A stretch of DNA of 64,000 nt, from positions 35,957 to 99,956 of the forward strand of contig NZ_JAFEIG010000015.1 in the NCBI RefSeq assembly GCF_017495225.1. Direction: 5' to 3'. The notes beneath the pieces were generated by a model, which made no database searches, was not told the origin of the DNA, and worked only from the letters and a program-made list of their open reading frames with translations. This document shows, in pieces, positions 47,682-59,792 of the stretch (position 1 is the first letter of the stretch; the number at the start of each line of letters is the position of its first letter). The position numbers and the translations under genes were made by a program. The DNA comes from Daejeonella sp. Lineage in GTDB: Bacteria > Bacteroidota > Bacteroidia > Sphingobacteriales > Sphingobacteriaceae.

Positions 47682-49052
47682 ATGCAAGAAATTAGAAAAT
47701 ACGTGAATGAAAATAAGCAACGCTTTTTAGACGAGCTTTTCGAACTACTTCGTTTTCCATCGATTAGTGCAGATCAGAAATATAAGGATTCTATGCTTAA
47801 AACGGCAGAGTTCGTTGCCGATAAGTTAAAGCTTGCGGGAGCCGATTCTGTGGAGATTTGTCCGACAGCTGGCTACCCAATTGTGTACGGTGAAAAAATT
47901 ATCGATTCTTCACTTCCAACCGTTCTTGTGTACGGTCATTATGATGTACAACCACCAGATCCATTGGAGTTGTGGGAGACTCCACCATTTGAGCCTACTA
48001 TCCGTGACGAAAAGATTTATGCTCGTGGTGCTTGTGATGATAAGGGACAATTTTACATGCATGTGAAAGCTTTTGAGCTAATGATGAGCACTAAGACTTT
48101 GCCTTGTAATATCAAGTTCATGATTGAGGGTGAGGAAGAGGTTGGTTCAAGTAATCTTGGAATTTTTGTCAATGCAAATAAAGAACGTTTAAAGGCTGAT
48201 GTGGTCCTAATTTCAGATACTTCGATGATTAGCTTGGAGCACCCATCATTAGAAACGGGTCTTCGTGGTTTATCTTATGTAGAAGTAGAAGTTACTGGTC
48301 CTAATCGCGATTTACACTCTGGTGTTTATGGTGGAGCAGTTGCCAATCCCGCAACTATTCTAGCTAAACTTATCGCATCCATGCATGATGAAAATAATCA
48401 CATCACCATTCCTGGTTTCTATGATGATGTTTTAGAGTTAAGCCCTGAAGAGCGCGAGATGCTTAATAAAGCGCCATACAATGAAAATGAATATAAAATC
48501 GACCTGAAAGTGGATGAATTATGGGGTGAAAAGGGTTATACAACTATTGAGCGTACTGGTACTCGTCCAACATTAGAAGTAAACGGTATTTGGGGCGGTT
48601 ACATTGGTGAAGGTGCTAAAACTGTATTGCCTTCAAAGGCTTATGCTAAAATTTCGATGCGTTTGGTGCCTAATCAGCAATCAGATAAAATAACTAAATT
48701 GTTTAAAGATCATTTTGAAAGCATTGCTCCTAAAAGTGTAAAAGTGAAGGTTTGTCCGCATCATGGTGGTGAACCCGTAGTTACTCCAACAGATAGCATC
48801 GCCTACAAAGCGGCACAGAAAGCTATTTTAGAATCCTTTGGTAAAGAGCCTATTCCAACTCGTGGTGGTGGAAGTATTCCAATTGTGGCTTTATTTGAGA
48901 AAGAATTAGGAATAAAGACTGTTTTAATGGGATTTGGTTTGGATAGTGATAATCTACACTCACCAAATGAGAAATATGATATCGCTAATTTCTACAAGGG
49001 AATTGAAACCATTCCTCTCTTCCACAAATATTTTGCTGAATTAAGCAAGTAA
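47682..49052 (+). CDS. M20-family dipeptidase
   Basis: YGHYDVQP, ARGACDDKGQ, EGEEE, HSPNE; TATCTTTG at 47658. Confidence 0.92.
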   Translation: MQEIRKYVNENKQRFLDELFELLRFPSISADQKYKDSMLKTAEFVADKLKLAGADSVEICPTAGYPIVYGEKIIDSSLPTVLVYGHYDVQPPDPLELWETPPFEPTIRDEKIYARGACDDKGQFYMHVKAFELMMSTKTLPCNIKFMIEGEEEVGSSNLGIFVNANKERLKADVVLISDTSMISLEHPSLETGLRGLSYVEVEVTGPNRDLHSGVYGGAVANPATILAKLIASMHDENNHITIPGFYDDVLELSPEEREMLNKAPYNENEYKIDLKVDELWGEKGYTTIERTGTRPTLEVNGIWGGYIGEGAKTVLPSKAYAKISMRLVPNQQSDKITKLFKDHFESIAPKSVKVKVCPHHGGEPVVTPTDSIAYKAAQKAILESFGKEPIPTRGGGSIPIVALFEKELGIKTVLMGFGLDSDNLHSPNEKYDIANFYKGIETIPLFHKYFAELSK

Positions 49053-49064
49053 TATTAATGGTAG

Positions 49065-49095
49065 ATTAATCCAGGTAAAATTTACCTGGATTAAT
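49065..49095. terminator. 15-bp perfect inverted repeat between convergent genes
   Basis: ATTAATCCAGGTAAA-A-TTTACCTGGATTAAT. Confidence 0.75.
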
Positions 49096-49098
49096 TTT

Positions 49099-50226
49099 TT
49101 ATACCTGCCACATCTCGCAGGTCTTCAGAAAATTATCATCTACATCGGCTCCAATACCTGGTGTATCTGGAATATCCAAGAAATAACCTTCATAAGTCAC
49201 GCCACCAATTACAGGATCTACTAAATGTCCTAATAAACAGGTATCAAGGTCGAAATATTTGATATTTTGACAAGCATAAGCAAAATGTAGGTTAGCGCTT
49301 AGTGCGATTCTACTTTCGAGCATACTTCCTATCATGCAGGCCATTCCGGCATTGCTGGCTGTTTCATGAATTTTAAGTCCCTCGTTTATTCCGCCCGATT
49401 TAGCAAACTTTATATTGATGAGCTCACAAGCGCCGGCATTGATTAATTTGCGGGCGTCATGATGATTATAACAACTTTCATCAGCCATAATCTTTATTCC
49501 TGTATTTTTTCTTAATTCAGGAAGCAAATCATCATACCAAGTCCGCATGGGTTGCTCACAAAACTCAATATTTAAGGGTTCCATTTCCTTTAAACAAAAT
49601 AGAGCATCATCATAATTCCACCCTTGATTGGCATCAATTCTGATAAGCATGTCATTCCCAACAGCATTTCTAATCGCTCTGATTCGCTCTAAATCGGCAT
49701 CTGCTTTTTTCCCTAATTTAATCTTCAAAATGCTTGCACCTTGTTTTTGGTAGGTGAGTGCAGATTGAACCATTTCTTCGGGAGTACCAATTCCGATGGT
49801 CATGTCGGTTTCAATAGTCCTTTTTTTGCCACCTAAATATTTATAAAGCGGTAAATTTTGGTTTTTAGCAGCAAGATCATAAAGGGCCATATCAAAAGCA
49901 CTTTTTATGGTCGAATTATGAGCTGTATAATTATGTAGATCCTGAATTCTTGCAGGAATATCGAGCGCATCTTTACCTTTCCAAATTTGGGCAAAATCTT
50001 TGGCCATTGCTAAGCATGTCTCCTGCGTTTCGCCAACAATCATTGGGAAGGCAGAGCATTCGCCAACGCCATAATTTTGTGAGTCGGTATGTACACGAAT
50101 GAATACATTTTGTGCATAATCCATGGTGCCAGTAGCAATCACAAAAGGTTCCATCGGAATGCTAAATCTATAGATATCGATATGAGTAATTTTCATGTCG
50201 AAATTTAAGTCTTTATTCTTATTCAA
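49099..50226 (-). CDS. Enolase-superfamily dipeptide epimerase (L-Ala-D/L-Glu epimerase-like)
   Basis: KIKLG, RIDANQG, CEQP, MADES, NIKFAK, DLD. Confidence 0.88.
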   Translation of the reverse strand: MNKNKDLNFDMKITHIDIYRFSIPMEPFVIATGTMDYAQNVFIRVHTDSQNYGVGECSAFPMIVGETQETCLAMAKDFAQIWKGKDALDIPARIQDLHNYTAHNSTIKSAFDMALYDLAAKNQNLPLYKYLGGKKRTIETDMTIGIGTPEEMVQSALTYQKQGASILKIKLGKKADADLERIRAIRNAVGNDMLIRIDANQGWNYDDALFCLKEMEPLNIEFCEQPMRTWYDDLLPELRKNTGIKIMADESCYNHHDARKLINAGACELINIKFAKSGGINEGLKIHETASNAGMACMIGSMLESRIALSANLHFAYACQNIKYFDLDTCLLGHLVDPVIGGVTYEGYFLDIPDTPGIGADVDDNFLKTCEMWQV

Positions 50227-50323
50227 AAAACAATTTTATCAATAAATAAGCCGAATAATTATTGCTTTGATATTATCAGATGCTCCATCCGAAATCATTA
50301 TTTTTGTGTTTTAATAGAATAAA

Positions 50324-52348
50324 ATGTCAAACAGACTCATCCACCAAACATCGCCCTATCTCTTGCAACATGCCAATAATCCCGTTGATTGGTATCCATG
50401 GGGAGAAGAAGCATTAGCGAAAGCAAAAAAGGAAAATAAGCTTATTTTAGTCAGTATTGGCTATTCAGCTTGCCATTGGTGCCATGTTATGGAGCATGAA
50501 AGCTTTGAAGATCAGGCTGTTGCTGATATTATGAATGAGCACTTCGTATGCATTAAGATTGATCGTGAGGTGCGACCTGATATCGACCAAATTTACATGG
50601 ATGCGGTACAATTAATGACTGGAAGTGGTGGCTGGCCATTAAATTGCTTTTGTTTACCCGATCAACGTCCAATTTATGGTGGGACTTATTTCAAAAGGGA
50701 AGATTGGAAAAGTATTTTAAAAAACTTGGCCGATTATTGGCAACAAAAGCCGGAAGATGCTATTGGATATGCTGTTAGACTAACCAATGGTATCAATAGA
50801 GGGGAGCAGCTTGTTAAAATTGATCAGGAGCATGAATATAGTAAAAAGGATGTATCCGATATTTTTGAAATTTGGAAACGTACATTTGATTTCGTAGATG
50901 GGGGTTATAATCGTGTTCCTAAGTTTCCACTCCCTAATAATTGGCAATTTATGTTGCGCTACGCCCATCTCATGAAAGATGATGCTGCACATACTGCAAG
51001 TCGCATTACTCTTCAAAAAATGGCCTTTGGTGGCATTTACGATCAAATAGGGGGTGGTTTTGCTCGCTATTCAGTAGATGGAAGATGGCATATCCCTCAT
51101 TTCGAGAAAATGCTGTATGATAATGCACAGCTTGTTTCTTTGTACTCAGAGGCTTTTCAATATACGCCCGATCCGATTTATAAAGATGTGGTTTATGAAT
51201 GCTTAGAATTTATTGAAAGAGAAATGACATCCCCACAAGGGGCATTTTACTCGGCCATTGATGCGGATAGCGAGGGGGTAGAAGGTAAATTTTATTCTTT
51301 TACAAAAGAAGAGATTAAATCCATTTTAGGTGAAGATGAAGACTTGTTTAATATTTATTATCAAGTTACAGAGGAAGGAAACTGGGTTGAAGAGGCGACC
51401 AATGTTTTTATCAGAAAGTTTGAAAATTCCGAAATAGCGACCAAATTGGGTATTAGTGTGGAAGTTTTGGTAAATAAAATCAAAGACGCAAAGGCGAAGG
51501 TTTTGGAGGCTCGTTCATTACGTATCCGACCGGGATTAGATGATAAAATTCTCGCTTCTTGGAATGGGATGATGTTAAAAGCTTATGCGGATGCCTATCG
51601 CGTATTTGCGGAGCCTAAATTTCTTGAGAAAGCTCGGAGGAATGCTCAATTTATCCTTGACCAATTGATTGTGGATCAAAAATTGGTTCGGGTTTATCAA
51701 AAAAATCCGGATCAAAAGGAGCCTAATGCAGCATTCCTTGACGATTATGCTTTGGTTATTGAAGGTTTTATCTCACTCTATGAATCATGTTTTGATGAAA
51801 AATACCTAGAATTTGCCAAAAAATTAACAGATGAAGCTATTTCTGAGTTCTTTGATCAAGAGACTGCCATGTTTTTTTATACGGCTAAGTCGGGAGAACA
51901 GCTTATTGCTCGTAAACAAGAGATTTTAGATAATGTTATTCCAGCTTCCAATTCGGTAATGGCTCATAATCTCTTTAAATTGGGACATTTTTATGATCAA
52001 AGTGCTTATTTAAATATTTCAGAGCAAATGCTTAGAAATGTGCATGCCCGAATAAAGAGCTATGGTTCAGGCTACTCAAACTGGGCTTCACTACTGTTAT
52101 TGCATGTTTTTGGGCTATTTGAAATTGCCATTACTGGTGCTTCAGCTGATGAAAAGAGGCGTGAAATAGAAAAATATTACATTCCTAACAAAATACTTTT
52201 GGGAGGTTCTTCAGGAACATTACCTTTGTTAAAAGATAAATGGGATACAGATACAAAAATATATGTGTGCCAAAACAAAACTTGTTTATTACCAGTAGTT
52301 GAGGTAATTGACGCAATTAAACAAATCGATAAACCATTACAAGCTTAG
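50324..52348 (+). CDS. Thioredoxin-domain / six-hairpin protein (DUF255, YyaL/SSP411-like)
   Basis: [35 protein letters not shown]. Confidence 0.9.
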   Translation: MSNRLIHQTSPYLLQHANNPVDWYPWGEEALAKAKKENKLILVSIGYSACHWCHVMEHESFEDQAVADIMNEHFVCIKIDREVRPDIDQIYMDAVQLMTGSGGWPLNCFCLPDQRPIYGGTYFKREDWKSILKNLADYWQQKPEDAIGYAVRLTNGINRGEQLVKIDQEHEYSKKDVSDIFEIWKRTFDFVDGGYNRVPKFPLPNNWQFMLRYAHLMKDDAAHTASRITLQKMAFGGIYDQIGGGFARYSVDGRWHIPHFEKMLYDNAQLVSLYSEAFQYTPDPIYKDVVYECLEFIEREMTSPQGAFYSAIDADSEGVEGKFYSFTKEEIKSILGEDEDLFNIYYQVTEEGNWVEEATNVFIRKFENSEIATKLGISVEVLVNKIKDAKAKVLEARSLRIRPGLDDKILASWNGMMLKAYADAYRVFAEPKFLEKARRNAQFILDQLIVDQKLVRVYQKNPDQKEPNAAFLDDYALVIEGFISLYESCFDEKYLEFAKKLTDEAISEFFDQETAMFFYTAKSGEQLIARKQEILDNVIPASNSVMAHNLFKLGHFYDQSAYLNISEQMLRNVHARIKSYGSGYSNWASLLLLHVFGLFEIAITGASADEKRREIEKYYIPNKILLGGSSGTLPLLKDKWDTDTKIYVCQNKTCLLPVVEVIDAIKQIDKPLQA

Positions 52349-52396
52349 GAATTCAAGAAGATTTTCCTAACCTGTCAATTACTTAATTCTATTAAA

Positions 52397-52894
52397 ATGA
52401 CAATTCAATTAAACAGCGTAGTAGCGCTAACCTATGATCTTTACACAAAAGAAAACGATCAAGAAGTATTTGTAGAAAAAGCTGATGAGCAAAATCCTCT
52501 AGTTTTTTTATTTGGAGTAGGAATGATGCTTCCAAAGTTTGAAGAAAATTTAGCTGGCTTAAATATTGGTGATAGCTATGACTTCCATTTGGCTGCCGAA
52601 GATGCCTATGGAGTAAAAGATGATAGTCGCGTAACTGATCTACCAAAGGAGATGTTTGGCGATATGGAAATTCCAGCTGTAGGTTCAATTTTGCCTTTAC
52701 AGGATGATCAAGGTCACCAGTTTAGTGCAAGAGTAAAAGAAATCACTGAGGCTGCAGTAATTGTTGATTTAAATCATCCTATGGCTGGTCAGGATTTACA
52801 CTTTATTGGTAAAATCATTTCTGTACGTGCTGCAACTGATGAGGAATTAGCTCATGGGCATGCACACGGTGCTGATGGTCATGCATCGCACTAA
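52397..52894 (+). CDS. slyD: FKBP-type peptidyl-prolyl isomerase SlyD
   Basis: DAYG, VDLNHPMAG, His-rich tail HGHAHGADGH. Confidence 0.9.
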   Translation: MTIQLNSVVALTYDLYTKENDQEVFVEKADEQNPLVFLFGVGMMLPKFEENLAGLNIGDSYDFHLAAEDAYGVKDDSRVTDLPKEMFGDMEIPAVGSILPLQDDQGHQFSARVKEITEAAVIVDLNHPMAGQDLHFIGKIISVRAATDEELAHGHAHGADGHASH

Positions 52895-52912
52895 ATTTTA
52901 ATTCTTTTTTAG

Positions 52913-52943
52913 AAAGGGCATTGAATTTTCAATGCCCTTTTTT
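52913..52943 (+). terminator. Intrinsic terminator
   Basis: AAAGGGCATTGA..TCAATGCCCTTTTTT. Confidence 0.85.
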
Positions 52944-53009
52944 ATTTCTCAAAAAAAATAAAAAATCATCTATTCTTCATCTTGGCAAAATAATTTTACA
53001 GAAAAAACA

Positions 53010-53933
53010 ATGATCATGAAGAAACAAACACAATTAAAAAGCGCTCTACTTGTATTAAGTATTGCCTTAATGAGCCTTGGTGCATGTAAAAAAGATTCTT
53101 TACCCTTAGATAATGAACTTGAATTTGCAAGGCTGGAAGCCATAACCATTAGTAGTACTTCTGCTTTAGGGTCAAGTTTTGGATCATCCGATAGTTTGTA
53201 TGCTATGGAAGCCTGCAAAAAGGGAAATAAGAAAAGTCCAATCGAATTAGCTGCTCTTTCTTCAACTATTACAAACTATTTAAATGCTAATTATTCCGGT
53301 TTTACTTTTCAAAAGGCATATCAAATCTCGAATCAAATTACAGCAGCTGTAGATAGCTATGTTGTTGTTATTCAGTTTAATTCAAAGCCTGTTGCTTTAA
53401 AATTTGATGCTACAGGTGCTTTTGTTAAGGTATTGGAGCTTAGAGAAGGTCGCAATATGAAAGGTCGCGGTGGCTGGCATGCCGGTGGTCTATTTGATCA
53501 CAGAGATGGGAAACAACGCGATACTTTAGCAATTAGTGCCATACCTGCTTCAATAAAGACCTATATATCAAATACTTATGTGGCTGACACTATCGTTCAT
53601 GCCTTTGTTAATAAAGATCAAAGCATTATTGTGATTAGCAAAAATGTCAATTATTTTGCCACTGCTTTTAGTGCAACAAATACTTTTTTAAAGCGTCATC
53701 AATTGCCTGCTTTCCCTGGTAAGGGTATGTCGATTGCAGCTAGTGCTTTACCTGCTGTTTCAACTACGTACTTAACTACAACTTTCCCTAATTATGTATT
53801 CAAAAAAGCATTTGAAATTAAAGCAAATGGGGTAGTAAAGGCCTATTTAGTGTTGATTGATGCCAATTTAACCAAATATGCTGTACATTTTGATGCTACA
53901 GGTGCTTTCGTGAAGGCTTCAGCCATCAGATAG
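53010..53933 (+). CDS. Lipoprotein with three PepSY-like repeats
   Basis: Lipobox LGAC; repeated L/IP..I..Y....Y/F and FDATGAFVK twice. Confidence 0.75.
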   Translation: MIMKKQTQLKSALLVLSIALMSLGACKKDSLPLDNELEFARLEAITISSTSALGSSFGSSDSLYAMEACKKGNKKSPIELAALSSTITNYLNANYSGFTFQKAYQISNQITAAVDSYVVVIQFNSKPVALKFDATGAFVKVLELREGRNMKGRGGWHAGGLFDHRDGKQRDTLAISAIPASIKTYISNTYVADTIVHAFVNKDQSIIVISKNVNYFATAFSATNTFLKRHQLPAFPGKGMSIAASALPAVSTTYLTTTFPNYVFKKAFEIKANGVVKAYLVLIDANLTKYAVHFDATGAFVKASAIR

Positions 53934-53953
53934 TATAATTTCTTTATATCTTC

Positions 53954-53985
53954 AAGCAGCTTCCTTCCTGGGGGCTGCTTTTTTT
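53954..53985 (+). terminator. Intrinsic terminator
   Basis: AAGCAGC..GCTGCTTTTTTT. Confidence 0.75.
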
Positions 53986-54100
53986 ATGTCTAATTCTAAC
54001 AATGTTTTTCATGTTAGAATTATTCCTGAAGGTGATTCTTTATTCGAATTTGAATATTTTAGCTATTTTTAATCATTCCCAAACAAGCCTAGAAATTCAA

Positions 54101-56011
54101 ATGAAAAAAATCTCTTATTTTTTATTTTTCCTCCTGCTTTCTTGCAGTGTATTTGCTCAATCAAATATCCCAAGGATAGCCATTATTCCACAACCTGTTT
54201 ATTTAAAACAAGGTTCTGGTTATTTTAAACTGCCAGAAAATATAACAGTCCATGCCCCAAATTCGAATGAGATTCAGTCGGTAATTTCCATTCTAAGTCA
54301 GAGAATTAGTCCGGCAACAGCTTATCATGTTAGTACCACTAAAAATTCAGATCAAGCAAGCATAAACCTAATTATAAACGATGCTTATGATTCTAAATTA
54401 GGAAATGAGGGATATCATTTATCAGTAAGGGATTCTGGTGTAAAAATCAGTGCAAATATGCCTGCGGGACTGTTTTATGGGGTGCAAACGTTGATTCAAT
54501 TACTTCCTAAAGAGATTGAAAGTAAGCAATTGCAAGGAAATATAATTTGGCAAATTCCTTTGCTTGAAATCACTGATTACCCTAAATTGGCTTGGCGTGG
54601 ATTGATGTTTGATGTGGCAAGGCATTTCTTTACTAAGGAGGAAGTCAAGAAATACATTGATGCCATGGCTAAATACAAATACAATGTTTTACATTTACAC
54701 TTAACTGACGATGAGGGTTGGAGAATTGAAATTAAGGGTTTCCCAAAACTGACTGAAGTTGGTGCTTGGAATGTGAAGCGTATTGGTGAATTCGGCGATT
54801 TTATTCCCCAAAAACCTGATGAAGCCCGTAATTATGGAGGCTTTTATACCCAAGAAGATATAAAGGAACTAGTTTCTTATGCAAAAGATCGATTTATAAA
54901 CATTCTTCCTGAGGTTGATGTTCCAGGTCATAGTCTTGCTGCAATTGCTTCCTATCCCGAATTGTCATGTACTCCTGAAGCTATAAATTATAAGGTTAGA
55001 TCGGGCGAAAAAATCATGGATTGGTCGGGTGGCGCACCTCCTAAAGCTTTGTTAGACAATACATTATGTCCTGCTAATGAGCTCGCTTACAGCTTTATGG
55101 ATACCGTAATAACTCAGTTAGCACAGCTTTTCCCATTTGAATATATTCATGTTGGAGGTGATGAAGCGCCGATTAATTTTTGGCAGAAAAACCCGCAAAT
55201 TAAAGAGCTTATGCTACGCGAAGGCATTCAAGATATTACCAAAGTTCAAGGCTATTTTACTCGTAGGATAGAAAAAATTGTGGAATCTAAGGGTAAAAAA
55301 ATGATGGCTTGGGATGAGGTGTTAGAAGGTGGTGTGAGTCCTACAACCGCTGTAATGAGCTGGCGCGGAATGAAATATGGTATTGAAGCGGCCCATAATC
55401 AACATGAAGTGGTAATGAGCCCAACAACCTATGCATACCTCGATTATATGCAATCAGATGCAATTTCTGAGCCTAGAGTCTATGCATCGCTAAGATTGAA
55501 TAAAACCTATGAGTTTGAGCCTGTACCGGAGGGCGTAGATCCTAAATATATTAAAGGTGGGCAAGCTAATTTATGGACTGAGCAGGTTTATAATATTCGT
55601 CAAGCGGAATACATGACTTGGCCACGTGGCCTTGCCATTGCAGAATCTGTTTGGTCGGAAAAGGATAAGAAAAATTGGCCAGACTTCATGTCAAGGGTGG
55701 AGGAACATTTTAAACGCTTTGATATTGCTGAAACAAAATATTCGCCAAGTGTGTACGATCCAATATTTAAAGCAGGAAAAACTGCGGATAGGAAATTGAC
55801 GGTTGATTTGAGTTTAGAAATTGAGGGACTAGACATTTACTACAGTTTTGATAATTCTTTCCCAGATCGCTTTTATCCTAAATATATGGGTACACTCACT
55901 GTTCCAATTGATGCCAAGCAATTAAAACTGATTACTTATAGAGGCAATAAGCCCGTAGGAAGAATGCTGACAATGCCTATTGAGGAGTTGAAAAAGCGTG
56001 CAAAACTATAG
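54101..56011 (+). CDS. GH20 beta-N-acetylhexosaminidase
   Basis: WRGLMFDVARHF, HLTDDEGWR, PEVDVPGH, HVGGDE, WTEQ; start moved to ATG 54101. Confidence 0.93.
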   Translation: MKKISYFLFFLLLSCSVFAQSNIPRIAIIPQPVYLKQGSGYFKLPENITVHAPNSNEIQSVISILSQRISPATAYHVSTTKNSDQASINLIINDAYDSKLGNEGYHLSVRDSGVKISANMPAGLFYGVQTLIQLLPKEIESKQLQGNIIWQIPLLEITDYPKLAWRGLMFDVARHFFTKEEVKKYIDAMAKYKYNVLHLHLTDDEGWRIEIKGFPKLTEVGAWNVKRIGEFGDFIPQKPDEARNYGGFYTQEDIKELVSYAKDRFINILPEVDVPGHSLAAIASYPELSCTPEAINYKVRSGEKIMDWSGGAPPKALLDNTLCPANELAYSFMDTVITQLAQLFPFEYIHVGGDEAPINFWQKNPQIKELMLREGIQDITKVQGYFTRRIEKIVESKGKKMMAWDEVLEGGVSPTTAVMSWRGMKYGIEAAHNQHEVVMSPTTYAYLDYMQSDAISEPRVYASLRLNKTYEFEPVPEGVDPKYIKGGQANLWTEQVYNIRQAEYMTWPRGLAIAESVWSEKDKKNWPDFMSRVEEHFKRFDIAETKYSPSVYDPIFKAGKTADRKLTVDLSLEIEGLDIYYSFDNSFPDRFYPKYMGTLTVPIDAKQLKLITYRGNKPVGRMLTMPIEELKKRAKL

Positions 56012-56022
56012 TTTTGGTCAAT

Positions 56023-56056
56023 AAAAAAGCCGGTAATTTGTGTTACCGGCTTTTTT
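56023..56056. terminator. Bidirectional terminator
   Basis: AAAAAAGCCGGTAA..TTACCGGCTTTTTT. Confidence 0.88.
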
Positions 56057-56065
56057 ATCTTTTTC

Positions 56066-57703
<1,638 letters not shown>

Positions 57704-57775
57704 TTATTAAAATGCAAAGGTACGGATTCAATTTTGTTAAACCTGAATATTAAAAAATTATGCTTCTTTGTAAAA

Positions 57776-58228
57776 ATGAATAAGATTAAGGAAGAGTTAT
57801 TTAATCAATGTATGCAATATGTAGTGGATTGCATTAATACCGCTGAGTTAGCTATTCAAGATGCTAGTGAGTCGGCAAACGATGATACCAAAAGCAGTGC
57901 GGGCGATAAATTTGAAACCGGACGCGAAATGATGCAGCAAGAAATTGACAGAAATAGGAAGCAATTAGAAGAGGCTAAGAAAATGAAAATCGCTCTTGAA
58001 CAAATTGAGAACTATCAAGCCTCTCAAATTGTTCATTCTGGAAGCCTTGTAATTACGAATATTGGTAAATTTTATATGAGTATCAGTAGGGGACAGATAC
58101 AGGTTGATGGGGATAGTTATTTCGCTATTTCGGGTATTTCACCTATCGGACTCAAACTAATGCGCCAAAAAGTTGGTTATACCTTTGATTTTAATGGAAA
58201 AACATTCAAAATTGAAGCTATTTTTTAA
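57776..58228 (+). CDS. GreA/GreB-like protein
   Basis: SSAGDKFETGREM coiled-coil tip; C-terminal ISGISPIG..L..KVG..F.FNG. Confidence 0.7.
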   Translation: MNKIKEELFNQCMQYVVDCINTAELAIQDASESANDDTKSSAGDKFETGREMMQQEIDRNRKQLEEAKKMKIALEQIENYQASQIVHSGSLVITNIGKFYMSISRGQIQVDGDSYFAISGISPIGLKLMRQKVGYTFDFNGKTFKIEAIF

Positions 58229-59153
58229 TTTTTAAATCAGGTTTTTTCTCTTTCTCAATAGGTGTTGAAATAATTTCTTTGTTCATCCACTTAACAATTT
58301 CCTTGGTTAATGCTACCCTTCTATTTGAAAATGCATGATCAGTATTCCAAATTTTATATTCAAAAGTTTTGCTTTTATTATAATTGGTGAAGGTGGGATT
58401 GTTCATATGCTCATCAATTACCATAATTGGTTTCTTGGAACTAGCTATCATTTTTTCAATGTCATATTGCTGGATATCTTTCAATATATCATTTAAAAAC
58501 TCATTTGGATCGCAATTAAGCATCCCTAAAGTCAGAAGATATTCTTTAAGCCCTATTAAATTTCCTTCCGCATCTTTACCTTGAAGAAGTGTGTATGGAT
58601 TAAAGACCGAAACTGCAAAAACACCTTTAACCCTCGGATCTTTTAAGCCTGAAATTAGAGCTAAACCAGCACCCATACTATGACCTACAAGGGCAATTTT
58701 TCCGGTGTCGACCTTTAGTTGGAACCTATTCAGGCTGTCTGTAAGGTAATCGAGTACTGCTCCAGCATCTTCAACAGAGTTTTTAAACCTAAAAACACCT
58801 TGACTGCCCCATGCACCTCGATAATTAAAGTAAATTACATTATTGCCCGCCCTGCGTAAATTCTGTGCCAAATCTAAATTTCTTTCATTTCCGGGTAAAC
58901 CATGAAGAAGTACAATTGTTGGATGAGGGCCCTTTCCGTCTGCTGTATAAGCAAATCCATAGATAGTTGAACCAGATGATTTTATTTGTAATTCAACCTG
59001 TGCCGCAGGATAAAACTCATCCGGCTTAAAGTCGTTATAAATATATTCTATATTTTCTTTTTCAGATTTCGAAGTTTCCGATTGGCAGGAGGAAAGAATC
59101 GTTGTTAGGCTAGCAAGTAATAGAAAAGCAGAAAAAACATTATTCATAGACAT
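58218..59153 (-). CDS. Alpha/beta-hydrolase lipoprotein
   Basis: Lipobox LSSC, LHGLPG, GHSMG, TDHAF. Confidence 0.85.
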   Translation of the reverse strand: MSMNNVFSAFLLLASLTTILSSCQSETSKSEKENIEYIYNDFKPDEFYPAAQVELQIKSSGSTIYGFAYTADGKGPHPTIVLLHGLPGNERNLDLAQNLRRAGNNVIYFNYRGAWGSQGVFRFKNSVEDAGAVLDYLTDSLNRFQLKVDTGKIALVGHSMGAGLALISGLKDPRVKGVFAVSVFNPYTLLQGKDAEGNLIGLKEYLLTLGMLNCDPNEFLNDILKDIQQYDIEKMIASSKKPIMVIDEHMNNPTFTNYNKSKTFEYKIWNTDHAFSNRRVALTKEIVKWMNKEIISTPIEKEKKPDLKIKK

Positions 59154-59173
59154 TATAGACGGGGCGAAGACAT

Positions 59174-59205
59174 AAAAAAAGGGTTTAATTTTATTTAAAC
59201 CCTTT
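59174..59205 (-). terminator. Intrinsic terminator (minus strand)
   Basis: AAAGGGTTTAA..TTAAACCCTTT with A-tract on the left. Confidence 0.7.
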
Positions 59206-59219
59206 AATATACAAAATTT

Positions 59220-59732
59220 TTATTGAATTTCAAAACTTATCTGAGTATCAGCCCAAATTAGGTGTACTTGGCCATTTTTGGTAATTTCAAAGCTCATCGT
59301 TTCAGTAAATTCCTTTGATTTACCTGGTTTAACTTGAATGCGTAAGGCATCATCACTTTCCTTATAAACTGTACCCCAATTTTTCCATGCTTTATTGAAA
59401 ATGATGGTCCACTCTTTCTCCCCAGGAATGGTATACAAGCCGTATTTTCCAGCTGCTAATAATTGGCCTTCAATTTTTAAATCTTGGCTAGTCTCAAAAA
59501 TAGTAGTCTCATTAGCACCTGTACGCCATACTTTTCCTGCCGGAGCTAGTTCGTTTAAGGATCTACCCTTTAAAGATGGGCGACTATAATCTATTGATAC
59601 TGATGCGCCAGATGTTAGGCTTTGTGAAACTAAGGCTGGCGGACTAGCTCTTTTGCTTTTATCTTGTTGAGCAAGGGTAGTTAAGTTGAATAAACCACCA
59701 AACATTAGTGTTAATAAGATTAATTTTTTCAT
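59220..59732 (-). CDS. DUF2911 family exported protein
   Basis: RASP, DYSRP, WRTGANE, GKYGLYTIP. Confidence 0.88.
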   Translation of the reverse strand: MKKLILLTLMFGGLFNLTTLAQQDKSKRASPPALVSQSLTSGASVSIDYSRPSLKGRSLNELAPAGKVWRTGANETTIFETSQDLKIEGQLLAAGKYGLYTIPGEKEWTIIFNKAWKNWGTVYKESDDALRIQVKPGKSKEFTETMSFEITKNGQVHLIWADTQISFEIQ

Positions 59733-59792
59733 AATTTTTTATCTTGAAATTTAAATATAAGTGTTTAGTATTGAATAATATCTGTTTTTGAA

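Noticed and set aside
50562-50582. DREVRPD instead of the usual DREERPD in the DUF255 protein
   Set aside because: Single substitution of unknown effect; could be a variant or an error, and no further decay seen
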